Positions 42,771 to 55,540 of a stretch of DNA of 64,000 bases are shown piece by piece. Below the pieces are notes generated by a model. It did no database searches. It saw nothing but the letters and a program-made list of their open reading frames with translations, and was not told where the DNA came from. The stretch covers positions 23,250,001-23,314,000 of the forward strand of contig NW_025964361.1 in the NCBI RefSeq assembly GCF_023055435.1. Reading direction: 5' to 3'. Positions within the stretch are counted from its first letter, which is position 1. Each line of letters opens with the position of its first letter. A program made the translations under genes and the position numbers. This DNA is from Haliotis rufescens. Taxonomy: Eukaryota.

Positions 42771-42870
42771 CATCGTTTAATAACATCTTTCGGTAGGACG
42801 CGGCCGGGGGTCGACACACCGACCTTCCGCTCTCTAGACAGACGCTCTATCCTAGATCACGGAGGCGGTC
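42770..42870 (-). mobile_element. tRNA-like SINE head (different family)
   Basis: Reverse complement gaccgcctccgtgatctaggatagagcgtctgtctagagagcggaaggtcggtgtgtcgacccccggccgcgtcctaccgaaaga has degenerate A and B boxes. Confidence 0.5.
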
Positions 42871-44544
42871 TACAACTCGGCATCTCATCCTCCACCCCTA
42901 TATTTGTTTTTGTAAATGGTTTAGTATTTGTAGCTAAACGTACTTAGGCGTCCCTCGTTTGTCTGTTAAGGACTTGCTGGTTATGATACCACGTGTCGGT
43001 AGCTCAAGGTGATTGTCCTGGGAAACATAGAAATACCAGTACCAATACTCGCTGACAAGGACAGCCATTCAGTATTTGACTCTCCAGTTCTTTCTGATGC
43101 AGTGACCTATTTTCTAAGCCGACTTGTGACAATATCTCTTTCTCAAGTAGAGACATATGGCGTCATTTTGTCGCCTTCACAATCGGGGATGGAGTTGGGT
43201 CGGAGTCTAATGTCCGCAACAGGAGACTATTTACCTGGATGACTTAGTTTGATGCATATATGTAAAAAACGGTATGTTGAAAATGATGTTGTCGTAGTCA
43301 AAGATTCGCTAACATGGTTTTGCACTGTCACCTGTATACATTTAATCTCGCACGATAAAAGAAAGCATATTTATGGATCGAGTAATCTGTATTTTTAAAC
43401 GACACATTTGTCAACACTGTTCTGCTGATATAGTAGGCAATTTCATATTAACTAAGTGAAAATATCATTCTTGATAGTAGTAATTTTTACCAGCATGTCT
43501 ATTATTTCATAATAATTATTTCACAACACTTCATAACTTCATACTGTAAAATCAACAGAGACCAAATATGTCAGAGATTCTCGCCCTTTATATGTTTACC
43601 AAACCTGACTTTTTAAATCTAATTTTGAAGACATTAAATTAAAACTTGATTCAAAAGATTATTTGCTTTTATGCACAGAAACAGAGTTGTTGCCTTGACC
43701 ATCCCCCGGATGCCAGTGCTGGGGAGTGACCCAGTGTCCTCAATCATGATGCAAGCCATGACCTATCCGTTCCTCCGTCCCTGGGGTAAAGCGTAATAAC
43801 CCACTCAATCACATATTTGCAGTCCATCATGTCCAATACTTGTAATGTGGCCAGAAATCCATTCTTGTTCTGATTTTCCATTACTGAGCATTCTTGAGGT
43901 GGCGCCATGCTCGACACTAAATCACACCATTGCTACTATGTCGTATTCGTTCTTTTATTACCTTATGACAAAGAAGAGTGTAGCTAACTGTACTACTAAT
44001 AAAGAGTGGCCTTGAACGAGCAATCAATTAATCGATCAATACTCAGTGAATCGTAACACAAGATCTGCCGTTAATCACCAATATACCCGTTCTCGTTGGT
44101 TTCACATCAGGTTAACACGACATTTTACATATTGACTGAAATTCTGACAGTTCAAACGGCGTAACATGCAGCACATGCAGGTCATCTCTCGGCGCAACAA
44201 GGAAACTATGGGTACCGTTCACAATGTTGCTGCTTCCCAAAACCAAAACCTGTTATTTCGATACCACGTAGTGTCAGTGAAAACTGTGTACATGTATGTT
44301 CTGTACTTGGCTTGAGCACTCCTATACTAGATATATTGCAGATGTAAAATAATCTCACACAAACATCCCCTTTCGTGTCAATTTTACAAATACAGACTAA
44401 TAAAAGCCTTTTTTGTAGCATTTTCTTACATGTAATACCTGAGAAGCGCATCAAGTCGGCATACGTTAATGACACATAAACAAAAACAGAAGAAGATTGA
44501 CATGACAAGTTTATAAAAATCCCGAACCGTTTCATACTTTACGT

Positions 44545-44650
44545 GTGGCCCTGTCGTCGAAAGCGCAGCAATTCGCTGTACAGAATGGCGTTCCAGAAAC
44601 CTATGATTGTGGATTCGAATCCCTGTTCGCACCGATTATATTTCCAGTTT
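44545..44650 (+). mobile_element. 5' fragment of the tRNA-Leu-like SINE (family C)
   Basis: tggccctgtcgtc...attcgctgt..ccagaaacctatgattgtggattcgaatccc. Confidence 0.7.
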
Positions 44651-44738
44651 CGTCAGATTCAAGTGTACATTAACTGAATTGCGTGTTCAATAAAATGCAA
44701 TCATGAATATGTGACAACCAACACTCCATTCCAGAAAG

Positions 44739-44984
44739 TACCCGTAAAGATCCGGGGTAGAATAGGACTTCAGCAACCCATACTTGTCGTAAAAGGCGAC
44801 TATGCTTGTCGTAAAAGGGGACTAACGGGATCGAGTGGTCAGGCTCGCTGACTTGGTTGATGCATGTCATCGATCCGAATTGCGTGGATCGATGCTCGTG
44901 ATATCAATCCAGACTCGATTATTTATACAGACCGCCGTCATATAGCTGGAATATTGCTGAGTGTGGCGTTAAACAACAAACCAA
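44739..44984 (+). mobile_element. Head-less SINE-like element (family B)
   Basis: 13 bp TSD ccattccagaaag at 44726 and 44985; family sequence and (aaac/aacc) tail. Confidence 0.9.
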
Positions 44985-45771
44985 CCATTCCAGAAAGCAA
45001 TGGAGTGATAAAACAATAGAATTACGCCAGAGATGTACTTTTAAACATCATAAAACCTAAACACATACCTCAAGTGATTGCAGAAACCAACGGATGTGCT
45101 TAGACTAGTTCGGACTCGGACTTATACTGCTAACACACCGAGATACCATGACGCAGTTTAACATGTTTAACAGACGTCGTGGGAGATTAATGGGTCCCAT
45201 TAATGTTGTAAACCTCAACGACCTTCTTTACTTTGTACTCTTCTGATACAATTGAAATACACTTCAACGCGGCATTCATTTTACACTCAAATGACTAGCA
45301 CACGTCTTGCCATAGGACTGCCTGATCAATTGTCGACAAAGCCAACCTCTTGCTTGAGAAAATGAATAAGAATAATAATATTGGTAATGCATCAAGCTAA
45401 GTTTTTCAAGACCATGATCAAATCACCTATGACAAAAGAGAAGCAAGCTGTGCCGTATTTAGAACATATAATCCTAAGTGATTAAATAATTGATCCGTTA
45501 TTCGTTCGGTCATTTATCCTCAATAATGAAATAAGATATCTCATCTGTTCTACACGCTACTAACGATGAGAAGGCCGTCTTTTCAGATCTTCGTTACAGG
45601 GGAACGGAAGATACTGAACCAAACATTTCATTCATTTCAATTAGATATTTTAATAAAGGATCTACTTCCGAAAACAAAACTAACATAGTTTTATCTGTTG
45701 GTAACAAATAGAGCATAGCGGCATTGCTTTGTCAACTCCCTTGAGAGGGATCGACCTGCCATGATAAGTGA

Positions 45772-46064
45772 GTGAGTGAGTGAGTGAGTGAGTGAGTTGG
45801 GTTTAGCGCCGCCTTTAACAGGATTTCAGTTATGTCGCGGCGTGTCAGCTTAATGTGGGAGGAAAGCCCGAAGTGATGCAGGTCCCGGAAGTTTACCACT
45901 TCGGTGAAACCCACGAGCACGGGTATGGTGCTGACAACATAATCGGGGCGAACCGGGATTCGAACCCACAATCATAGGTTTCTGGCTTGCCAAAGGGACG
46001 CAACAGTCGCGGCGCCTTAGAGGACTGGGCCATCCGTGCAACACACCCCCCCCCCCCCCCCCCC
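45772..46064 (-). mobile_element. tRNA-Leu-like SINE (family C)
   Basis: 13 bp TSD ccatgataagtga at 45759 and 46065; (gagt)n tail; B-box gtgggttcgaatccc on the minus strand. Confidence 0.88.
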
Positions 46065-46844
46065 CCATGATAAGTGAATAAACCCTGCTCCCAACCCCCC
46101 CAATCCCCATGAAGAAATCGGTAATCAGTAATTGATATTCGTGATTCACATGCAAATGATGTAGTTGGAAATGTAAAGAATACTTCTTATGATTATGGAA
46201 ATGGTTTCACAGAGAGTATAGGTGAATAATGAGTTATGATTATCTGGCGTACTATGGCGAGAAAGACTTTCAAATACCCCTGTTGTTATCGATGTAAACA
46301 CAATGACCGTGTTACACCTGAAGCTACTATGATGTTTTTCATCCTTGTATCAACTGTCTGTGGAACCTTTCATAGGTTTGCCTCCCGTGAACGGAGCACG
46401 TGATGCAATTATGCTTGCATCACTGAATCTCTTTGAAATGTTATTCACTCGACTTCCATGGTCTGCCCAGCGGGATCATTAATTTACGATCTGTGTAGTT
46501 TGAGAGAACTTGACATTAACACTGTAGATGAAAAGCAAAGCAACACTCCTATTAGTATGAAAGACCCGAAGGGAGCATCATCAAGGACAAAGGACACCTT
46601 AGAATACTCTTACTTTACACAGGGCCATTGACCTTGACCTTCACGAAAGGTCGGTTGGTGAGTACAACGTGTTATCATTTTTATTTCACAATTACTATAT
46701 CAATGTATCATTTTCTTTTTGTTTGAAAAGTATGTTTGTCACATGACTGAGATCCTAGTTTTGTCGCGATCCCAAGACACACCAGCGTTATAACCTCTTG
46801 GTTACATAATGTCATTCTAATTATGTCGTCGATAAACCTATTCT

Positions 46845-46960
46845 CGTCTCATTGATCTTAATCACAGGATTGTCTGGTCCAGACTCGATTATATACAGAC
46901 CGCCGTCATATAGCTGGAATATTGCTGAGTGCAGCGTAAACGACAAACCAACCACCAACT
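46845..46960 (+). mobile_element. 5'-truncated family B SINE
   Basis: ggattgtctggtccagactcgatt...gctggaatattgctgagtgc..aaaccaacc. Confidence 0.8.
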
Positions 46961-47210
46961 AATGCAGTTCCCCTTGCGTATAGTGACGTTTAACCATATT
47001 AACGTGTATAAACAAATGGAATCATTAGCTTGGCGGTATCCACAAGTCAGCAAGTTCAAGTCCACATGATCGATACAATATAGCTCCTCCAATGACGCAG
47101 GAAAGATCGGTTATTCATACATCTCCTATCCTGATAGATTGACTTATATGGTTGATAATTGGATTTACTCGTCAGCATATCGTAAGAAGAGCCTTCTGCC
47201 GTCTTGAAGA

Positions 47211-47778
47211 GGCTTCATTCACTGATAGTTTATAGAAGATTGAAGAGGAGTTAACTGAAATGTACCGTCATAGGCTTCATGCACTGATAGTTAATAGAAG
47301 ATTGAAGAGGAGTAAACTGAAATGTACCGTCATAGGCTTCATGTACTGATAGTTAATAGAAGATTGAAGAGGAGTTAACTAAAATGTACCGTCATAGGCT
47401 TCATGCACTGATAGTTAATAGAAGACTGAAGAGGAGTTAACTGAAATGTACCGTCATAGGCTTCATGCACTGATAGTTAATAGAAGATTGAAGAGGAGTT
47501 AACTGAAATGTACCGTCATAGGCTTCATGTACTGATAGTTAATAGAAGATTGAAGAGGAGTTAACTAAAATGTACCGTCATAGGCTTCATGCACTGATAG
47601 TTAATAGAAGACTGAAGAGGAGTTAACTGAAATGTACCGTCATAGGCTTCATGTACGGATAGTTTATAGAAGATTGAAGAGGAGTTAACTGAAATGTACC
47701 GTCATAGGCTTCATGTACGGATAGTTAATAGAAGATTGAAGAGGAGTTAACTAAAATGTACCATCATAGGCTTCATGT
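47211..47778. repeat. Tandem array, 62 bp unit, ~9 copies
   Basis: ggcttcatgcactgatagttaatagaagattgaagaggagttaactgaaatgtaccgtcata at 47273, 47335 and onward. Confidence 0.96.
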
Positions 47779-48314
47779 AAACATGTATATATGGTCGAAA
47801 TGCATAAAAGGGATACTGCGATATCTCAAAGAGATGATAGTCCGTATGTGTTTTGTGCTGCCTTCATAAAGCGTCGTGATGAAATGTTTCTCGAGTTTCG
47901 GCACGTCATTTTAAACCGGTGTGTCAGGCCTGTCTGTTTCTTCTTATAAAAATATGTTTCATTTCGGGCATGTTTATGTTTCTGTTTGTGTTTCACTCCC
48001 CGTTTGCTAGGCTCAGTAGAGAATTGATTATATGCTGCAAACGTTTCAACTTAATATGTACTATATATGTAGAATACGTCAACCTCCATCGTTGCGTTTC
48101 ATTTCAAAACATTTTCTTGAAGTCATTGAAAAAACAACATGTCCGAAACACAGTCATGACATCAATAACTGATGCAGTCCTCGAAGAAGTAAATTTTCGT
48201 CTCAAGCGAATAAATAAAACTAAATCTTGTAATGGAGATTATATAATAATTATTTGATACTGATTATGATAATTATGGAATATATCGATAAATGATTTAT
48301 CTGTCTTTTACATG

Positions 48315-48580
48315 AGGGGGCACGGCTGGCCCAGTCGTCTAAGGAGCCGCGATTCGCTGTGCAGAGTTGCGTCCCTTGGGCAAGCCAGAAACCTATGATT
48401 GTTGGTTCGAATCTCGGTTCGCCCCGATTATGTTTCTAGGTTTGTCAGCACCATACCTGTGCTCGTGGGCTTCACCGAACGTCTGAGACCTGCATCACTT
48501 CGAGTTTTCCTCCAACATTTACCTGACACGCCGCGATATAACTGGAATACTGTTAAAAGTGGCGTTAAACCCAACTAACC
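48315..48580 (+). mobile_element. tRNA-Leu-like SINE (family C), near full length
   Basis: A-box tggcccagtcgtctaagg, B-box ggttcgaatc, shared 3' tail; 8 bp TSD tttacatg at 48307 and 48581. Confidence 0.88.
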
Positions 48581-51037
48581 TTTACATGTAACTATGTCCA
48601 AAACTTCCAAAGGCAGCCCAGGAAGCCTGGGTATGCCTGATGCCATTTTTAATGAGAATACACTGAAAACCTGAAATTGATTTTTTAAACTTGAGTTCAT
48701 CTTCACAATAAACATCAATACACATTTAATATTAAAAAAACTATATAGGCCTTGAGCTGTGTGCTCCTAAAACACCATATGATAAACCATAACACTTCGA
48801 CTTTATTGTATCTATTTTTGATTCATACATTATGTTGACAGATCACCAATGGATTGGGTGAAGCCTACATGGTCGTCCCTAATGTGCAAGTTTCTAGATG
48901 GTGGACCTTCATCGCATGCCAAGACGCCATCAGGAACACAGCAGCTAATGCCCGATCATCCGAATGGTACCGCACACCAGCTTATGACATTGATTAAATC
49001 CGAATGAGCTATAATGATTTTTGTTACTATCATTGTTGCACATGTTCGCAAAGGTGCTTAAGTAAAACATTCTGCCCGTTCAATGTTGTATTGCGTGAGT
49101 ACAGGTACATAAGGTGCAGCTGATCTTTTGAACAACTGCAGGACATTTATTGTCCAATTTTCCAAATATTTTAGACAGTGATTACGAGTATGACCTTTAC
49201 ACACCACCTGGGATCTTTGTGACAGTCAGCGAACCAGCGGACGGATATCCTTTCTTGTGGTTAACAGGAGTAATGAGGCTCAATTCCAATGTCACGAAGA
49301 GGACTGTGTGACGCTTACTGGTGTCTACTTACATTGCAAATGTCGTTGGATCGCTACATCTTTGCATGGGTATCTTATAAGCGAACTGTTTTAACATTGT
49401 TTCAAAACTGTCACTAAAATGGTTTGCTAACTTCTAAATGTGCACATAGATACATGGACGTTTTTGGCAAACTTATGACGCGTTTAATTACTTGAGGAAA
49501 CGGTGTGGGTTAGCAACAAAACGTTGAATGATGCCAAACAATAACGGGAACCACTGTCTGTAAACAGGTCATGACACAATAGCACTTACAGCTATCTTTA
49601 TACAATAACCTTCACTTATGCATTGAACAATCTGTGCCAAACCATAATATTCTGTCTGTGTAACACTCTGAGCTGAATAATAACCTTTGCTACCGTCTTT
49701 CAGCAGGTTTCCAAACAGTCAACGTCATCACTACCTTTCAGCCTGTGTCACTAAAGAACCACTTCTGAACCCTGATGCCCCGAATTTTATTCACCCTACG
49801 TTTCCGCCTTCTGTAATTCACTTGCAATGGTGTAACTGTGGGAAGATAACATCTGTGATTTCCTTCTGAAGACATAGCTCCTTAAACCGATTACATGAAA
49901 ATTACCAAATAAGAAGTTTAAAATACCTAATTACAAAAGATTTGAGTGATGCTTTGTCTCTTCCAGCTTCCATTTGAATTCATTTCCTGACACATGCTAT
50001 GCTCACCTGCTGAGGAAGAATGGTGTTCTTTATGTATAAAAGCATAGCAGCTGCTTGTTTAGGAAGTAACACAAGTCAGTGTTGTACAGAAATGGGTAAC
50101 ATTATCCACTTAAGTTATCATCGGGTCAGATGACAATCACAATCCCAGACTAGAAAACATGATGTGCCTAGGAGTATTGCTAGATGCGGCGAAAAAGAAC
50201 CACCAAATACTTTCTGTGCACATCGGGTGTGCGGCATGTACTACCAGTGGAGCAGGACATTTTGACCATCTTCGAAAACAACTGGTGTTATTACTGATTT
50301 TCAGTGATCCATTCATATAATTTTCATCACTTTTTTGCCTTTTACGCTCATGAGAATCTGTTTCGGTAGACTAAGAACTGGTTATTTTGGGGCATTGACG
50401 TTTTGAATTGATGTCAATCTGTCTTGTGACCTAAAGCTTGTCTGCTGTATTATGCATACAGCGAAAGATGGAACACATTTCCCGTGGTATTTATACCCTC
50501 ACTGCTGTTTGCAGGGTCATGCTGCATGATGCGCTCAGACTGGAACCCCAATCCCTACTGTAATCATGTTTACACTACACAGGCCCATGTATAATTGGTA
50601 CGACTAAAGGGCCGACACTTGGTGATTTTACAGTTTTGTTTTTGCGCTCATGAAACGATTGATGTCCTTTTCCACAGTTCCTGTCAGTTCACGGCGTCAT
50701 CATCCCATCTGCTGACCCCTAGGCCCTGGACGCATAACTACATTTTCGTTGGCTAAAGAAAGCCTTCATCCTGAGGGGTTGTGTGACCGAACGTGCGAAA
50801 AAACAAATTGTGAACAAAAAAAGTTCTTATTGTCTACAAAGCATGCAATTGCCTGAGGTCTTTTCGTATCTACCGTAGATACGATAAAGTATTGATCGTC
50901 TATAAATACAAGCAACAAAACTCCATAATCATACGAAAGAAATCGTTGATAAAAGTCCATTATACGATTCCGACTATGTCGTAAGACTGCACATGTATGA
51001 AGCACCATCAAATAGTGATGATACCAGGCTGATGGTG

Positions 51038-51230
51038 GGTGAGTGACTGAGAGAGTTGGGTTTAACTCCGCTTTGAACAGTATTCAAGTTATATATCAGG
51101 GCGTGGGAAAGCCCGAAGTGATGCAGGTCTCAGTCGTTTAGCACTTTGAATAAAACCCACAAGCACGGGTATGGCGCTGACAAACCGAGGAACATAATCG
51201 GTGCAAACTGTGATGCGAACCCACAATCAT
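51038..51230 (-). mobile_element. Truncated family C SINE
   Basis: gttgggtttaac..aagcccgaagtgatgcaggtctc..aacataatcgg..cgaacccacaatcat. Confidence 0.8.
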
Positions 51231-54200
51231 GCATAAGTTCCATTAGCTGTGTAATCTCTATGCTCAAGGAAATGAACACTTTATTTCAGCTTCGTTATAT
51301 ACCCTCATTTATTTAAAAACACAAGAAAAGTACACAAAGTAGCAGGGAAAGGGGCCCGGGAAACATGACTCTTGACCACTGCTTGAATTTATTTATTTAT
51401 TAGCATTTCAATTTATGTCAATAACTCATGTCATTCATGTTCTGTTGTAATAACTTTTCACTTCTATATGTCGATTTCGAATCTAGGTTTACCCTGGACC
51501 AATAATTAATTTGTAGCCTGTGTGGAACTAAGACATTGTTTCTGCATGGGTACGGCAATCATTGACTACAGGATTGACCTGCATCATAACATCAGGCAAA
51601 ACTTGTTTTAAATGACTTGACCCAAACATGTTACGACTAACAATTGGTCTGTCCCTCCACCTCTTTGGTTCTCGTGTAGTCTGGGGCGTGCACTTCCTCA
51701 TTCATTAGGCATGGTAACGGTTCTTTGTCTACACGTAATGGCTGAAGAGGCAGGATAAACAACCGCATTTATACTTATTTTGTTGGCGCAGTTAATACTG
51801 CATTAACTATATCCAGTTCAGGTCTAGACGGTGTTATTGGGTCCCTGTGAAGATGAGACATTGTTTCTATGCATTTAGAGTAACCATTAACTGCTTGAAT
51901 GGTCTCGAACATATAATTTCACTTAGCACCAAGCAAAGTAGGATTTTAAGGAATCAAACTTGATCTGCAATGTATTACAGTGCCCAGTCTTATTTGATCC
52001 CTTTACAGAGAATGAGATTATGTTTACCTTTATTTAGAATGTACACGAACTGTACATTACGTGATGGTGTACAAGAAGGGTATTGTCAAGAGTGTGGTAA
52101 ACAGTGAGAGGTGAACTGGTGACGTGTGCCACCTTTATCTGGTCTTACCTTCACACGACAAAGTAAAACCCCGTTCCCCATGCTGTTTGAAGTTGCATTT
52201 GAAGTGAAAATGGTACACCACTGGTTCAGGCTTTCCCTCAACACGCTGCAGATGAAACAGCTCTAGATCTTGCTTTTTTGTGTGGTGAGTTTGCCCAACC
52301 ATTTCTTACGAATTGTGATAATACCAGCTGTTGACGAAGGTGAGCATATGCTGCCCCAATGGTGGCACCCATCACAACTATATTTACTCACAAGCAAATT
52401 TAATTACTGAATCACAGGAAATAATTATTATTTCAGATAAAGGCCCCCAACGAATATAGAAACAGTGGTACAAACAAAATTAATTTTGACCGGGACTGGG
52501 AGGAATCAATGTTGAAAATTGTGCAATCATGTGACTATCACTTGACATAACCCACCACAGTCGCAGCTGTGACCCTTGTGTAATGTTGGAGGCACTTCTA
52601 CTGGTGTCCACGTCGAAGTGTTCACACAATGTCTGATAGCATACATTATTGTCGACTGGTTTAGTTTTTCCCTCAACACGCTGATGACCCGGGATCCAAC
52701 CGGAGATTGGGGTTTCATGTCATTACATTATTGACCATGTATGTTCATATATTTTCATTCTTTTGTGTGTGTGTGTTGCATAAGCATTGTATTGAAAGGA
52801 GATTGGGAAGGAGAATGATTTACAGGTAGCAAACTGACTAAAACTGTTCATTTGTTTCCCAAATGCTACTGTTTATACATACTCCAGTATATTCCTCCTT
52901 ATTTTAACGGGCACAAAACCGTCATACATCTGATTCATCATAAACAGTTTATTAAATATGTAATAGAGTACAGACACGCATGGATGATGAATGAATGTGT
53001 TTTTAACAAAACTCTAATTAACTCCCAGATATTTGCATGCCATGGTAAAGTATTGTTGCTACAGTTACAATGTAAATGGAAACTTGTTACACAGTGTCCA
53101 TCTCAGATGAACAAAACCTTAAGAGGATATAGAAACTGTAATGACAACGCTTGAAGGATCCGCCCATGTTGATGTCTCCTACAGACGCCTCCTATATTAG
53201 AAAGTGTTCAAAACACGTGACTACCGCGTGACATAAAACTACTCAGGTGAACGTTTCATTGTTTCACTTCTCCAGGTAAAAGTGTTTCCCTGTAGCTCAC
53301 GTGTGTGAGGGGCACAACTGACCTCTATGCGGCACGTTCTGGTAATCAACGGATCAGAGTTGTGTATTCCTACGCCAGTGCCTCTCGACTTGTAGATGAT
53401 GTAGATAGCGAAATAAACCGAGTGACATCGATGTGGAGGACGTAAGGGAGAATCTCTGCAGCCCAGTCATGTGACTGGCACAAGGGACTGCATATTCGTG
53501 CAGCCCTTGGTTTCTGCGGTTCAAATTTCCTTAGACCTTTGGTATTGCCCTGGTCAAACCACCAACAGAATATAAATTGTCAATGCAAGAGAATAACCCG
53601 TCTACACTACAACGTAAAGGTTTGTTATCGTGTTCTGCAGTAACATTGCGAATAATTCGCGAATAATCCGCGGATGTCCGCGAAAACTATTTTATTGTTT
53701 TCTGGCACTAACTATTAATTTTATGGGACCATCACGCCGCTACGCGGGCAGGCCCTGGCAATAACCTCCACACATGGACAATGTATAGTATGATGCTACG
53801 CCGTGAATGGATTGCAGGTACATTTGATAAATACATGTAAACACCAGTTTGTAAAATATTCCTGCTATAATAACGATGTCATTAAATATTCTTGTCTTGT
53901 CTCTTGTCTTGTATAAATCTGCATGTATACATGTATGCACTAGCATATACTTTTGTCTATTAAGTTCCATACAAGGGTCAGATAAATAATCTTTATGGTT
54001 TTGTCTAGATATTAAACAGCGCAGTATGTTCAGAATGATCACTTCAGTGTGGCAAAAACAACACAAACAACATGTATAATGTGTACAACTCTCATTTGAA
54101 AATAATTGTATAATGATTAAAATTAAATGTGCGAGCAAAGTTTGTTAGTTTATCATAATAAAAAAGGTTTGATTTTCTGGCCATTTATCATCACCTCCCT

Positions 54201-54340
54201 TATATGAACATTTGATTTCCATCCATGTTCATTGTGCTGGAGAAATTGCGCACTAATCATGTGTAACCGAGTCCCAGACGCAGGTGATAAAAAAAACTCC
54301 AACAAAATGTACACTGGGGTTTTGAGGAGCTATGAAATGT

Positions 54341-54634
54341 GAGTGAGTGAGTGAGTGAGTGAGTGAGTTGGGTTTAACGCCGCTTTTAACAATATTCCAG
54401 TTATATCACGGCGGGTCAGCTTAATGTGGGAGGAAAGCCCGAAGTGATGCAGGTTTCAGACGTTTACCAATTCGGTGAAACCCACGAGCACAGGTATGGT
54501 GCCGACAAACCTAGAAACATAATCGGGCCGAACCGGGATTCGAACCCACAATCATAGGTTTCTGGCGTGCCCAAGGGACGCAACTCTGCACAGCGAATCG
54601 CGGCGCCTAAGATGACTGGGCCACCCGTGCCCCC
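54341..54634 (-). mobile_element. tRNA-Leu-like SINE (family C), full length
   Basis: 13 bp TSD agctatgaaatgt at 54328 and 54635; (gagt)n tail. Confidence 0.92.
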
Positions 54635-55239
54635 AGCTATGAAATGTAGAACTTTAAAGATAAAATATATACCATGAACATCGGCAATGTTCGGGTGCGG
54701 GGATGCTCGAAAATGGGTCACATGATATTCCGCAGATTGATGAAAACTTGAATGAATACATACTGTGACACGAATGCAACTTTAAATGCATTGCCACTTT
54801 TGGTTTGAACTCGGGAACAGTTCGGAAAAAACAACAGCCTTCTCATGATAACCCATATTATCCCAATTACATTGTATAATGTCTATTAAGTATATGCCCT
54901 GTTGCTATTAGAACATATAGAAACAAGCTCATTAATTGAGATCCTTAAGAGTCGATATTAGTGTATATATTTTTTAATTTTGTTTACGTTTATTTCATTT
55001 TTTCATGAATACACGTACATGATGTTAGTAATCGCAATTCAGTGTAACTGTCCCTTTTTATGCGGATTTAATAATACATTCAGTACAATCTCTTCTTATA
55101 TAACTCTCAAATACACAATGTCACTCGCCCGAGAGAAAGTTGTATCTAATTACAAAGTCGGCCTAATTTACAGGTGAATCCACAATACCTCCTCTCGTTA
55201 TCATAATGTTCAATTTCAACCAACCACACAACCCGAGAA

Positions 55240-55540
55240 TAAACAGTTATGCAGGTGTTGCTATAGGCAAATACTTAGATGACAATAAAACCGATCGCCC
55301 AAACGCATCACGGCAAGGGTTACCCGATGCACGTGAATTCCGTGCAAATTGAAATGCACATGCGTTCCCCCCTTTCTTGCCCTATAAACATCTTCCTAGA
55401 TCGAAAAACATTCATTCGTTATTGAATAGCTACCACATGCCAAGATTAACAAGAAATCAGCGACACCAAGCCCTTGGACGATTGCAAGCTGGACAAACCG
55501 CCCGGCAAGTAGCAAATGCATTTCAAGTCCACGTAAGTGA
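55240..55540 (+). mobile_element. 5' part of a Tc1 element, ending at a LINE 3' end
   Basis: ATG at 55437 gives MPRLTRNQRHQALGRLQAGQTARQVANAFQVHVS (Tc1 N-terminal HTH). Confidence 0.8.
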
